Positions 50,256-63,598 of a DNA stretch of 64,000 bases are shown one piece after another (position 1 is the stretch's first letter; each line of letters begins with the position of its first letter). The translations under genes and the position numbers were made by a program. The notes under the pieces are model-generated. The model had not been told where the DNA came from, made no database searches, and was given only the letters and a program-made list of their open reading frames with translations. This DNA comes from Schmidtea polychroa (Eukaryota), in NCBI GenBank assembly GCA_044892525.1, contig CM097885.1:20958001-21022000 (forward strand), given 5' to 3'.

Positions 50256-50663
50256 CTGATTTATAGTCTTCAAACTCTCTTTTTTATAAATTCAATGGAA
50301 AAAATAATCATTTGGGAAATTAGAAGAAATAAAAGTTCTTATAATATATATATTTACAATTTAAAATTCAATTCAATTAATTTTCATTTTAAATTTATAA
50401 ATTATTATTTAATATTTAATTTTTAAATTTCCATTCTTTCCTATTCCTACTAGACTTTAAAATCTGTTCTTCATATTAAAATCTGGTTAATGTAGATATC
50501 ATTAAATATTTTTCAAAAGATCAAATTTAGCATTTAACAATGAAATAATTTTAAAAATATTTTTAAAATTTAATAATGTACAAAACTCAACTCACAATTT
50601 AAACAAAAACGAAGTAAAATTTAATTTTTTTGAGAAATCTTTTACAACATAATATCTTTTCAG

Positions 50664-51350
50664 TTAAAACAATTTAAACGATCCTTCGAATCTCTATATG
50701 CAACAAACAAAAAGTCAAAGTTGTCTAATGCGGAAAGTAAAAGTTCCAGTTATCCGTCAATACCGGAAATGATTTATCTGCCTCCCAGAGAGCAAATAAA
50801 CTCTCCATCGGCAGCAGTGCCAAAGAATGTGTCTTCAAATACTAAAAACCCAAATTTTAATAGTTCTTTTAAAGTTTCTGCATCAAAAAGTGCATCTAAT
50901 GGAAATTTATCAAACTATTATAGTCATAATAAAACTCCGGAGAAATATTTTTCACCTTTAAATTCTAATTGGAAAGCTGTGGATACAGTTGCCAAAGTCA
51001 AGCGAGGAAGATCCGTAGTTAATTTGCGAATGAAAGACAGTCCTTCAACCGAAAGACCTTGTGAATTTGATGAAAATTTGGATTATGATGAAAATTTCAA
51101 AGTCAAAGAAAAAAGAAAATTCAGCAAGAAATTCCTTAAAAGCAAATTAGCTAAACTTTTTAAATCTTCAAATAAACTGATTCAAGAACCATTTATTACG
51201 AACAATAAGCACGATAGGAATTCATTTGATGGAGATAAGGGTACCGATGTGCCAACTGAACAACCGAATGATGCGTTGAGAAATTTATCTTTCACAGCAG
51301 CAATGATGGCTAAGGAAGCCAAGCAAATCAAAACTGACCATCCTAAAATT
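50664..51350 (+). CDS. Candidate host coding exon (Ser/Asn/Lys-rich, unknown protein)
   Basis: ttttcag acceptor, 687-nt open phase 0-0 exon, gtaagt donor. Confidence 0.6.
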
Positions 51351-52638
51351 GTAAGTTCAAATACTTTTTATAAATAAATAATATTAAATCTTATTATTAT
51401 TGATAATTTTCTGAAAGGAATGGGTTTATTTATGCTAGGCAATAAATGTTTCTACAGTATTTTCCATCTTAAATGTGGTTCAATGTCTATTTTGATAATA
51501 TCTAGTAAAAAATAACGATTGTAATGTAATGTTCAATGTTATTTCTAATGGCAGATTTGTTTCGAGTTTATTTGCATTAGTGATTTTTGTGACTTTGCAA
51601 TCCGACCACATAATTTTACCATTTTGCTGCCAAGCAACATAATGAACTCCACTTTCATCAAATGCAAATGAATATTTTTAATATTTTATAAGCTAGACGT
51701 TCGAAAAACTTTTATCATCTTTGTGGCGTCAAATAAGTTGATTCAAGTGGAAACGACTAAATGAATGTGCGACTTAGTCAATCACGCTACAAATGTGAAA
51801 TTGTTTTGATGAAAATTTGGGTTGCTCGATAATTTTTAGTGAACTGTTTTCTTCTTAGAATCTAGGTCCATCAAATCTTCATTATTAATTTCATCGTTAT
51901 GTGAGGCTAGCAATTCATCAATATCCTTCTCATGTATCCCTTCAAAGTTGGACTATAGCGAAATTAGCACTATCGACCCGAACACAGATATATAATTGTC
52001 TTCTTCAGTGGCACAATCATTTATTTTTCGGTCAACACATTATGGCCAAATTTTGGATGACAATAAATAATTAAATTATTAAATTAAATTAAAATACTTA
52101 AGAAAACAAATATTGATGATCTGATTATTTTTATTCAGAAATTCTCTATGTTGTTTTATTAAATGGAACCAAGTGAGATTTTGAATTTAAATAAATATTA
52201 TATCAACAAACTTGGTCTTATTTTTAGCAGTGATAATTTACAATAGTCAATTCAATTCATAGACTTTCTTTGACTATGGTAAAGAATTCAGGGAAACAAT
52301 AATTAATTTTAAATTAATATATATTCCATGGACATTTTGGAAAAGTTTAATATCCATGATGATATAAAAATTTTAGACTTTTTTAAAATGGATTTTTAAA
52401 AAAATAATTTTATTTGTGAAAAGAACAAATTAAAAGTACAAAAAAGAACAAAAGGAATTCCTCATAAAACTCATTATAAATTCAAGCATTTAAAGAATTT
52501 TTTTTATTAATTAATTAATTTATTAATTATTTAATATCTTATTTTTGTATCTCTGAATTCTTTGTCATAGCCAATGTAATATTTATTTAAATTATTTCAT
52601 TTATTTTTTAATTAAATTTAAAAGGTGTTTATTTACAG

Positions 52639-52710
52639 CTAGAATGTCAAACGGAAGTCCTTTACAGGGTCAAAGAAAAGAAAGAAAATAAATTCAAACC
52701 TCCAGGAAAT
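52639..52710 (+). CDS. Candidate next host exon (LECQTEVLYRVKEKKENKFKPPGN)
   Basis: tttacag acceptor, 72-nt phase 0-0, gtaaat donor; phase-compatible with the 50664 exon. Confidence 0.4.
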
Positions 52711-53008
52711 GTAAATTTAATTTTTAAATATGTAAAAGCTAAAAAATTAAGAATGTCATATTTAAATATTATAATTCATAACGAGATATTTTACCAAAAT
52801 ATACGAGTTAGCAATTTATGAATAAATTAACAGATTCTATATTGGAATGAATGATAATATGAGTATAATAAGGAAATTTAATGGACAAAGTTATATTAAT
52901 CAAAGGATAGAAAAAAATTAAATTCAGTAAATATATTTAAAATATTTATACATTGTCATAATTTAACGAAAATTAATATATGAAAAAAATATGTTAATTA
53001 AATTTTAA

Positions 53009-53430
53009 CTGATTAGTAGTGGCTATAGTGGCGCCCGTGTCCATATGGACACTCTGAGTTTAGGTATACATTATGGTAATTATAAACATTTTTTACTATC
53101 ACTAATTATAGCAATGTAGACTACACATATTTATGATTCATGTAATGAAAGAAACATTATTCTAAAAATTAATTTTAATGGATAAAAATACTAAAAATTC
53201 GAATCCATCTTTTCCCTCAGTAAAATAAAGTCACACTTTGACAATAAATATCTTTTTTGTTGAGTTAATCAGAGCACTAAAAACAAAGCAACCTTGTCAC
53301 AACTGAGAAATGCGCAAAAAGATATAGATATTATTTATAAAATACTTACTTATAGATCTAAGACAATAATTTTGTGTCCATATAGACACGTGTGACACTA
53401 ACGGAAGCCATCGAGTCTAGCATTAAAGAG
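53009..53430. mobile_element. Possible piggyBac-like MITE
   Basis: TTAA at both ends; subterminal GTGTCCATATRGACAC palindromes at both ends. Confidence 0.4.
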
Positions 53431-53681
53431 TTAATATAGAAACTGACAATCATTATGAAACATCAAGTCATCCGTGATTATATAACATTACCATAAATAA
53501 TTTCAAAAAAATGATGTTTAAATTTTTTAATAAAATTCTTGATTAAACAATTTTGTATTAAAAAAACTTAACAAGCAAATTGAGCCTTAAAAATTTATTT
53601 ATATGTTAATAAAAAGCAAATATTTCCAAAATATATTAAGTTTAATAAATTATTGCTAAACCAATTTATTCACTTTTTCAT

Positions 53682-54507
53682 TAGGCTTGTCAACTCTCCC
53701 GTTTTTGCCGGGAGTCTCCCGGAATCGACTTTCGTCTCCCGTCTCCCAGTTAACTATGACCCGGGAGATGTAAATCTCACATTTTTACAATATTTTTCAA
53801 TTTTTCAAGAATAAAGTGCAGTTTTTGAAGTTTTTTGTCTAAATTCACCAAAGCTGTTGGAGTCAGGCCGACGACAAGAAAAATGAATCCACGACAACTG
53901 GTTCATCGACAATTGGTTCACGACATTTGGTTCACTATTGTTTGGCAATAACAATTTGAAAATAGCGTTCACAAACATAGGTAATTTTATCCAATTTAGT
54001 AACATTCTCATAATTTCTGTCTGTATCTGACAGTCTATCGATTACCAAAAACAGAGAAAAGATAGTGAACCAATTGTCGTGAACCAATTGTCGTGAACCA
54101 ATTGTCGTGAACCAATTGTCGTGAACCAGTTGTCGTGAACCAATTGTCGTGAACCAATTGTCGTGAACCAATTGTCGTGAACCAATTGTCGTGAACCAGT
54201 TGTCGTGAACCAATTGTCGTGAACCAATTGTCGTGAACCAGTTGTCGTGAACCACTTGTCGTGATGCCAAGAAAAATACAATTTTAAAAACAAACAAAAA
54301 TAGCATGATTTGTAAACTGTACTTTCTAATATGTAAAAATAATTGTTTTGTTTAAATCTTTATGGTATTAGTCATCATATAGTTAAACTCACTAGCATGT
54401 GTAAACAAAAAAAGTAAGAAAACACCTGTTATATTATCTCCTAAGCGTTATACTGTTCGAAATTTTATAATCTCCCGGGTTCGAGGTTGTGGGATTTGGC
54501 AGCCATA
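53682..54507. mobile_element. hAT-type MITE
   Basis: TAGGCTTGTCAA / TTGGCAGCCATA ends; 8-bp TSD TTTTTCAT; TCTCCCG subterminal motifs. Confidence 0.75.
53885..54268. mobile_element. Mutator-like MITE nested in the hAT MITE, with a 14-bp tandem array
   Basis: 9-bp TSD AAGAAAAAT; GTGAACCAATTGTC about 14 copies (54064-54260), inverted copies at the left end. Confidence 0.75.
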
Positions 54508-54815
54508 TTTTTCATATCGAGTTTGTTTCAATTTTCTTTTTTGTTCAACTTTTAGAGGAAAAAAATAATTTTTAAATGTAATTGTTAAAATCTCTAAAAA
54601 TAGGTTTTAATTATTGTTATTTTGTTTTAGTCTAATGTTTGATAAACGTTCTGTTTATTTTTGTGGGACATTTTTTTATTAATATTTTGACGGAATTTTC
54701 AAAGTTTTTTTTATTTCTTAACTTTAATTTGTAATTTTAAAATTATATTTTATGCTTTACTATTATTCAAAATAAAAAAAACAAATTTTTTAAATTGAGA
54801 AGAAGAGCCTTGAAT

Positions 54816-55968
54816 CAGTGACCGCGGAACAGTTTTTGAGCTGGGGGGGGGGGCTAATATCAGCAAGTCGTAAAGTTCGATAGACCTCTATCTAGAGAAG
54901 AGGAAGGGCAATTGTAGAAACCACCGCTGTTTGTATTTTATGGATCGTTTTTTGGCCAAACCTTTTTTAAATGATGGACATTTTTAATCTTTCATCCGCC
55001 CCAAACAAAAGTCTCCACGCGATGACCCTAGCTAATAGTTTTTACAGTGTTACTTTACTATGGGTTTCTATTTATTCCCATATCAGTTAAGTCAATAAAA
55101 CTCCATTAGGCTATATTAGGTGATGCACAATGACAAGAAAGTTAACATCTCTTAAAGTCATTTTTAGAAAAAGTTCCGAACTTTACTTTCTGACGTTCAT
55201 TTCTTGAGACGAATTCGTTGGCCACTGTTAGAAGACAGAGCTCGTCATTTTTTTCTTTGTGTATGTTCAGTACTGCGATACTATTAAATCTCTCTTGCGT
55301 CATTGAAGCACGGAGCCATGTTTTCAGACGCCTCGCTGCAGAAAACGATCTTTCACTTGATGCACTAGTCGCTGGATTAACGCTTATCAGTTTACATATA
55401 GTGACAACACCTTCAACAAGTAGTTTCTCTGTTAATGAAAAAGTGCGCACTTTTTCACATATGCCGTTGAAGCACTTGATTTGTGAATGTTCTTGGCACA
55501 AAGTTGAGAAAGCATGTAGTTGGGCTTGCAATGAATTAATATCAAGGTCAGAAGAATAAGTTTCATTCATAATAAAAAACTGATTATCATACATTATTAA
55601 TTGAAATAATGATTCAGTGCTCACCTGTCATTGTTAATACTCGAATAAATAAATGAATTCAAAACGCGTAGTAGTAAGTTAGTAGTGCGATAAAACAATT
55701 AAGAAGTCAGTTATAAAATATATAAATTGAATAAAGTCAAATGAAATTATGCAGTACGATTGATAAAACCAGCAAGTCTTTAACTCTTAATAAATTTCAA
55801 TATGCTTCTTTTAAATCATAGGAACATACTGGCATACCATACACTGCCAAAGATCGCTGTGCTATGTTCACAAGATTTAGTGACTGAAAGGAAGGGTCCA
55901 ATTTTTTTTCTGTGGCAAGATAGGGGGGGGGCTAAAGCCCCCCCAGCCCCCCGGCTCCGCGGTCCCTG
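54816..55968 (-). mobile_element. Internally deleted hAT element with 5-bp TSD (hAT5-like)
   Basis: TIRs CAGTGACCGCGGAAC / GCTCCGCGGTCCCTG; TGAAT on both sides; ORF 55142-55624 PATSASSERSFSAARRLKTWLRASMTQER. Confidence 0.8.
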
Positions 55969-56215
55969 TGAATGGAAAATATAATATAAAATTTTAAAAC
56001 ATTTTTCAAAGATTTTTAAAAGGTATTTGAAATTTTTTCTGGAGGAAATATTAAAAGCTATAATATTATAACGAGTATTAAATTTTAATATGATGCTGAA
56101 AATGCTTTTAATTACTTATCAACAATAACAAGACCATATTAGATATTTTACAAGTTTTCATTAAATACATTTTTGGAGTTAAAGACGATAAACACTTATT
56201 TACATCCCTCTATAA

Positions 56216-56563
56216 TATAGTTTCCCAAAATGGCTTGGCCTACTACGCCCTTTAAAAAAATACACAAGCCCCGCCCCCTTTATAAATTTACAAAACTATA
56301 ATTACCATGCTAATTCATATTAAGCTCTTTTAATTATACTAGTGAGTTATTTATGTATACACGCTGAAAATGAATCAAACGCATTTGATATTAAAAAGTA
56401 GTTCTTAAAGGATTTTAGAATATTTTATAAGGTTAAAAATATTAGCACATCACGGTCCTTTTTTGCTTCCCGAGCCTCCCATACTTCCCCTAGAGTCAGC
56501 TCGGCTCCATTAATTCCCTCCAATAACACCAGGGGGCCGACGACCCCAGTTTGGGAACCACTG
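56216..56563. mobile_element. Charlie/Buster-type hAT MITE
   Basis: Right end CCAGTTTGGGAACCACTG, degenerate left end TTTCCCAAAATGG; TSD CTCTATAA/CTCTATAC. Confidence 0.65.
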
Positions 56564-57827
56564 CTCTATACTAAATTTCATGATATTCAAGATGTCATTA
56601 AAACAAAAAGTAATATAGGTAATAAAGTGGGAAATTTGTTCGCTGTAATAAGGATTGAGTGCAAAATAATTTAAAAACTTTTTTTGGAATTATATATTAC
56701 TATTAATAATATAATTGTTTAGTATTTAAACTTGAATTATAAATTCAGATATGAAATATTTATTATATACTTATTATTTTTTTGGGGGGCGGAGCTCTTT
56801 TTGTTATTGACTTTTCAATGAAAATGTTTGTAAATAAAATATTTTATGGATTATATTTTAAAATGAGAAATTTTCCAAAGTAAATATTTACTTTTCATTC
56901 ATTTGTATCTCATCAATCTGAAAATAAATAAATTTAGTTTGCTACTTGTTTATTTAAAGCTCTATTGCAAATTCCCATAAGTTTCAAACACCATTTTATA
57001 TGTTTATGCTAAATTACTCCAATATGTTTTGGTGTTTTTCTTTTAAATTGTTTTTCATTTCTATATTTATTGAAACTAAATTTTCCAAGAGAGGGCCACA
57101 AAAATTAATGAAATGATTTCATTTTAACAATTAAAAATTAAATAATTACAGATCGAGTGTACATATACAATTTAACTCTTTCGGTCATTCAGGTGCCATT
57201 TGCCGCCATAAAATTTGCTACTGAGCAAAGTGGTACTCTTAATACTTATAAATGCAAATCCTATTCTCGTAACATGGTAGTAGATGGATTGGAGCCCGCT
57301 AGATCACATACCCCCCCCGACCGGATTTTCTAAGTCTAAAAGTACATTTTTTTTCAAGGTCAAATTTTAAACAAAGACATATGACTCATCAAGGTCATTT
57401 AAACAAAGACCATGACCCATCAATACCATTCTCAAGGTCATATGACTCATCGTGATGACTCATCAAGGTCATATTATTATTTTTAAAAAATATTATTATT
57501 TTATTATTATTATTCAAAATATTATTAGTGATCTAGCGGGCTCCTGGTTTTCGTTTGCCCAAAAGTTGTCGTTCCAATCATTTTATTTTATCGTTCGATA
57601 GCTCATTTTAAAGCTTAGTGCAAGACCTTTCGAATGAGCTATTGAAGGTATCATCATCATTAATATTGACAAAGTTATTATCGTTTTCCCGAGACCATTT
57701 TCAAGGTCATATAATTATTATTATTATTAGTATTAATCTATATACTCCGAGTTTATCCGACAAAATATTTTGTCCCCCTATGGGTAATGCTCACAAGGGT
57801 ACTGCTCACACTCAACAACTCGCAATG

Positions 57828-57860
<33 letters not shown>

Positions 57861-58224
57861 GTTTTAGCACACACTCATTATACCAATATGAATTTAGTTT
57901 TCATGGTGTATCAAATCAAAACTCCTATTTTTATAGTCTATCAACCAATCAGAACACATGTTATTTCAGTAGTAATATAAATAAAGCAGTATATTAAAAA
58001 TTATTTGACTGCAACATACACAAAAACATACCATATTACTTTTTCCATCATTAGATACTTAAAGAGTTTAATTATCAATATTATAAAATGTAACTAATGA
58101 TGAAAAAAGTAATGAAAACTATAACGAGTTTTCGAAAATAAAAATTATCTACATAATAAAATAGAATGCAAAATAATGTTTTAAAAGATTTATTAATAAA
58201 ACATCATTATCAATATTATTATTT

Positions 58225-58971
58225 TCAACTTCCGTGATCTTTTCGCCGTTTGCCCATTTTTAGTTCTTTTTCAAGATTCTTGATGTTTTCATCATACATC
58301 TTCCTCTCATTTTCCAATTTTTTATTTTTTCCGGCTAGCACTATGTTCCGTTGTTCTAGTGCCCCTTTGTAACCGTTATTGTCTCGTTCAAGGTCTGCCA
58401 CCTTATTCACGAGTTCTACGATTCTCCCCGACTGTTGCAGGATCATCTCTTCCATGGCAGTATTCTCCTGTTCTTTCATAGATAATTTCATGGCCAGATG
58501 CCTTTCAAATTCCATGGCCTTGGTCTGCCAAGTTTGACTTCGGGCGGCGATTTTTCTGAGCCTCCTTAGCTCTTCTCTCTGATCAAGGTTTTCTTCCCAT
58601 TTTCCCTGCTCACTTTCGTATTCTAGCCTCTGCGGTAGTTCTTTCATTTCTTTTTTAATTTCCCGATGTTGCCTTTTCCACTTCCTGGCTTCTGCCAATA
58701 GTTGACGGGTTTTCCTTTCCTCTTTTTGTTTTTCCACTTCCCGTTTTTTATTCTCATCAGTTAGCCTTTTCCTCGACTCCTGTACTAATTGTTTTAGGTA
58801 GTGACTGTGAGCTTCCTGTCGAGTATTCTCTAATGCTGACCACTTGGCGGCTCTTTTACATGCCTCTGCCTCTGCTCGTAAATTTTGCACCAACCATTGG
58901 AATTGGTGGTTCTCCCGTTCTTTTGCTTCTTCGAGATAGTTTCGTGTCTGATTTGCTAGTTGTGCCATCAC
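58225..58971 (-). CDS. Coiled-coil protein of unknown function (Polinton 2 cargo)
   Basis: 248-aa E/K/R/Q-rich ORF, more GC-rich than its flanks, between two copies of a 200-bp segment. Confidence 0.6.
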   Translation of the reverse strand: MMAQLANQTRNYLEEAKERENHQFQWLVQNLRAEAEACKRAAKWSALENTRQEAHSHYLKQLVQESRKRLTDENKKREVEKQKEERKTRQLLAEARKWKRQHREIKKEMKELPQRLEYESEQGKWEENLDQREELRRLRKIAARSQTWQTKAMEFERHLAMKLSMKEQENTAMEEMILQQSGRIVELVNKVADLERDNNGYKGALEQRNIVLAGKNKKLENERKMYDENIKNLEKELKMGKRRKDHGS

Positions 58972-59443
58972 TTTGGCCCATCTTTCTCTGTGTACTTTAT
59001 TGATTTTTACTTCGTTCTTTCTTGTGACATTTTATCTAAATAACGATATTATTAACCATGTTGGGAATTTATTACTCTCATTATTATTATTATTATTATT
59101 GATATTATTATTATTATAATTATTATTATTAATATTATTATTATTTTCAAAGATATTTTCAAATTTATTATTATTATTATCAACAAGTCGCAAGAGTATT
59201 ATTATAATTATTATTATAGATATATGTAGCTGCATGCTGACTGCAACATACATTTTCAAATACACATTGTAAAAAGTTTTAAACCATATTACATTTTCCA
59301 TCATTAGATACTTATAGAGTTTTTTTTACTAACAATATATCTAATGATGAAAAAAAGTAATGAAAACTATAACGAGTTTTCGAAAATAAAAATTATCTAC
59401 AATATGAAATAGAACGCCAAAATAAATGTTTTTAAAAGATTTA

Positions 59444-62400
59444 TTAATCGCTTAATAAAACATCATCGATATCGACGTCATTATCAATATTCACATCAAT
59501 ATTCATATCAATATTTACATCAAAATCAATATTGTCATCAGAATCACAAAAGCTCGGGCTTATTTCGCTAAAAAGTGGTCCAACTTCAAATGTATTGTTC
59601 TGTGATTCGGTCCAATCATCATCATCGAAATCCGGACTCATTCCGCTAAAAAGTGGCCCAACTTCAGATACCTGGTCAACATCTGGAACATCGACTCCTA
59701 AAAAATGTCCATATGCGAGACTGGTATTAGGACCCACCCAAAGGCGCTTGTCATCGTTGTTCGACAAGGCTATTTTATTATTTTTAAAAGTAAAGAGCTG
59801 GTGGTTTCTTGTACCTATTCTCGTTTGTGGCACCGTATATACTACGCTGTTGTTGTAGCAGTCTAAATAAGACTGGTGCCCTATCTCAGTGTTGCCTAAC
59901 TGAACTCCTTTAGCCCTAAGTGCTGCCTTATCTCCTAACAAACTGTAACACTTAGGTCTTAAGAAAACCCACTCGCTATATCCCAGCCCTTTACTCTCGT
60001 CTTTAAACTTACCTATTACCGAATCCAAACTCTTAGAATACAAAGGATGAGCAGGATCGTAATTCGATGTATCTAAAAGGTTGTCTCCTATCATTGCCGG
60101 TAAAAGAGTGTCAAGCTTACAGTGCTTTATCTCTAAGAAAAAGGAGTCGGTGTCGCCGGCAACAATATTTATTTCGCAATTAAACTCTGACCTGTACTTG
60201 GCCAATTCCACATATTGAAGTTCATACATCCTCAGTTTAGACAAATCTAGTACTGATTGACCGATGTAACTAGGTCTGTCTAAACATATAGAGTCCTTAT
60301 TCAGATGTGCCGCAATCAAGTTCTCATCAATTCTGATTGATTTCTTGAAAGTTGGCTTTGAAGCATATACAATCATCTTTTCAGCTGAATTGCATAGCCT
60401 CAAATTCATCCTTTTCTTCAAGTTCTCAACGGATTTCCCATATAAGCTGTTGTTATAAAGCTTAAACAAATCTCTATATAACTCACTGGTGGATTGTGCT
60501 CTTAATGTTGTGTTTTTATCAATGTGCGATTTAAAAATGGGTGCTTGCGTGAATTTAACTGCTCTATATATTTTAACCACCGTCACACCGAGTGAAAGAT
60601 AAAGTTTAAGAAGTCTCCAATGAAGAACATAGTTCTTCTTTGGCCAATGCGTGAGCATCAGCTTCTCAACTTTGGAGTTCGGTGGACACATCTTTTCCGC
60701 AGCAATAGGAAAGTCATTTAAAAAATCATGCAAACATTCCGGAATTTCGATATCAACTTCCATAGTATACCCATATGGAAGGTTATCAATATCCGAATTC
60801 ATACATTCATAAAGTACAGAATCATGTTAACCCACCCCGTATCCCTCCTTCATAGAAATTAAACATTTCCATGTCCTGCAAAAGTTCTATAGGTTCCGTT
60901 AATGTCATAAGCGCTGAGGCCCATGACATACCGGGAATGCCATAGAAATTAAGAGGCTCAAGACCATTGTAAGCAATGGCCTTTGCACGGAATTGTTGAA
61001 AATAGTCTGCGAGGAGAAATACATCTAATTTAAGGTAAGTTAACATGTAATCTAACATGTTATTGCAATTTTGCTGAGTCCAAATAACTTGGGCTAATTC
61101 ATATTCTTCATTAGACACCGATTCCCAAATAGGAGGCAATTCAAGAGTTGATTCCAGAACCTCAAGGGATGTAGCAAAGTCATAAGGAAAGATACCTTTG
61201 GCTCGAACAATTGCGCCATCAAAAACAGAAAAAGTTAAAGGCAGATCTGAAAGAGTCTTAACCGCTTTTGCTAAAGATGAATTAACAAACTGCATGCTGT
61301 CAATAAAACGAACAGGCAATTTGTTAATATACGCGATGAGAGAGATGAATTTCTCGGTAGTGGTCGGAATAATATTTAACTCCCAAGAAGGAAAATTATT
61401 CAAGCCATACTTCAAAATATGATGGAGATCATACCCCCTCAAATTATGAAACACAACCGGTAACTGTTTCTGAATTCGTCGCGAAACATTACATTTCCTA
61501 CAAGCAGCACCAAGATACTTACCTGAGAAGTGACAATGATCCCTAACTCTACTACGAATGAATTCTTTACAGAGATAACAGGTCCTGGAATTATAAAAAT
61601 CACGATCTTTAGCGAAAGATAAGGTTTGCATGGGCTTTTTCCCATTAATTTCATAATATGGCAGGACAATTTTGACAGCAATTTCCTCCACCTTACGCAA
61701 GAAAGACAACACACAATCTTCACCAACAAACTCATAATAAAATTTTGTGTTATTATAATTATTAATTAAAAGCATGCCTGCTGTTATTGGCAAGTGCTTT
61801 TGATGGTGTATTATATCCTCGGGTAAAATTGCCTCAAAATCGGCATATATCACGAATGGCGGGTGATTGTCTTCGCATAATTTTGAAAAATTAAATTTTT
61901 CTCTTTAGGTAGGGTGTATAGAGTTGTTCCTATCTGGTTCTTACGGCATAGGTCTACATGAAGGTCAAAAGCATTTTTATGTCTAAAACCATTAAGGCAA
62001 TGGGGGCACCAGTTTACTTGAAGTCTAACGCCGCATTCACTGCTAGAGTGACAATTCATTAATTTTTGCAAGTTAAAAACTGTGGTATAATGGAAATTAT
62101 CACCGTCTTCCAACAAAAGTAAGTATAAGGGTTCACCACCTATAACTTTAGAGCGGTGAATAATATCTAAATATGGATGATGGGGAATATAGTTACTATC
62201 ATCGTTTTCTATAGGCTTAGCTGGGTTTTTCCTATATGTCAATACATTAATTGATAAATTTAATTCTTTATTTTTCCTCTCGAATTTGGGGATATCACAT
62301 AATTTCATGGGACAATCATTTATTGGGTCAAAATTTAACTCGTCAAGATAATTTTCATAGGAACTAACTCTATTTCTATTTATATGTACTACATTGCGTT

Positions 62401-63360
62401 TTAACAGTGCTAAAATACTATAGATAAAGCACATATCGTCGGTGTTTTTGACGTTTACTATTGCTTTTTTAGAATTTAAAGCTGATGGGGTGGGGATATA
62501 ACTATGTCCAGCTAGCCTATTCATAATCTTATACTTATTTATTATGAAGTCAATTTCTTTGATTTTAACAACCCGCCATCCGCTACCTAAATACGTAAAT
62601 TTTTCAATTTTATTATTTAATTTAGTGATTCCATTAATCAAAAAATTTTCTGAAAAAACCTCTGCATTATTAGAGAAAAAATTATCTCTAATTTCCCCAT
62701 CTTTCTCAAACTGGATGAGGATGGTGAACTGAATTTTGACTGTGCCCATTCCTTTCCTTTCGGAAATTAATTTATCAACAATCTTATTTGTGAGGGAAAT
62801 TTCAACCAAATTATCCTTTTCAACGTCAAATCTTAAATTTTTTCGTGCCCCCTTAAAATCGATTTCAATTTCTGGTTCATCATCAAGATCGACCGAACCA
62901 CCTACTTGATAAAACATGGGGTTATCCTTAATTTTAGTAATTTTTGAGGGAACACCAGACCCAATACTAACAGCAAGCCGTTTATTATTATTATTATTAG
63001 TATTTACAGAAGAACTTATCACAGAAGCAGTTATATTCACTGGAGAAGATATAATCACGGGCGAAGTATTTGTAGAGATATTTTTTGTTATAGGTCGCGA
63101 ATTATTATTTACATGTGTATTATTTACAGGTGTTTTACTTTTTATTTTATTAAAAAGTTTCTTTTTATTTATTGTATACTGGTTAAGATGAGTCTTATGG
63201 GTCATATAAAAACACTTATATTTTATATTTTGGGATGTCTCGCATATGGGACAAATATAGTAGTTGATGCCAATCTATGACCGTAGTATTTTTTCATGGT
63301 CTTATGGCATAAATTGGAATGGCCTCTTGAAGATTGGCAATATTTGCGATATAATTTACC
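59444..63360 (-). pseudogene. polB: pPolB of Polinton 2, disrupted
   Basis: Colinear with polB at 21850 (YADFEA, FHNLRGYD, KLYNNSLYGK, GDTDS); frameshifts near 63270 and 61855; deletion near 60822 removes motif A (DxNNLY). Confidence 0.92.
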
Positions 63361-63598
63361 TGTTAACGAGAAATTATAAAAGATGGTGAAAAATATTATA
63401 ATCAATTGTTATTAGTTAGTCTATTTTTATCTTTATAAAAAAAAAAAGATTAACTAATAACCATTAAAAATAATAATCTATAATATTCGTTTTTTTTTTT
63501 CAAAGATAGTTGTAAACTACTTTGAACATTAATATAAGAAGAATATTTATTATTATTTATATTATTATTATTAATATTATTATTATTATTATTACTAT

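Larger units (their letters stand above)
57279..63598 (-). mobile_element. Polinton element 2 (different family), partial and decayed
   Basis: AGTAGATGG terminus at 57279, repeat-rich terminal region, coiled-coil ORF, broken pPolB; interrupted by Polinton 3; left boundary inferred without a second TSD. Confidence 0.7.

Noticed and set aside
53935..54306. HDNWFTTIGSRQLV repeat ORFs
   Set aside because: Artefact of a 14-bp tandem array inside a MITE
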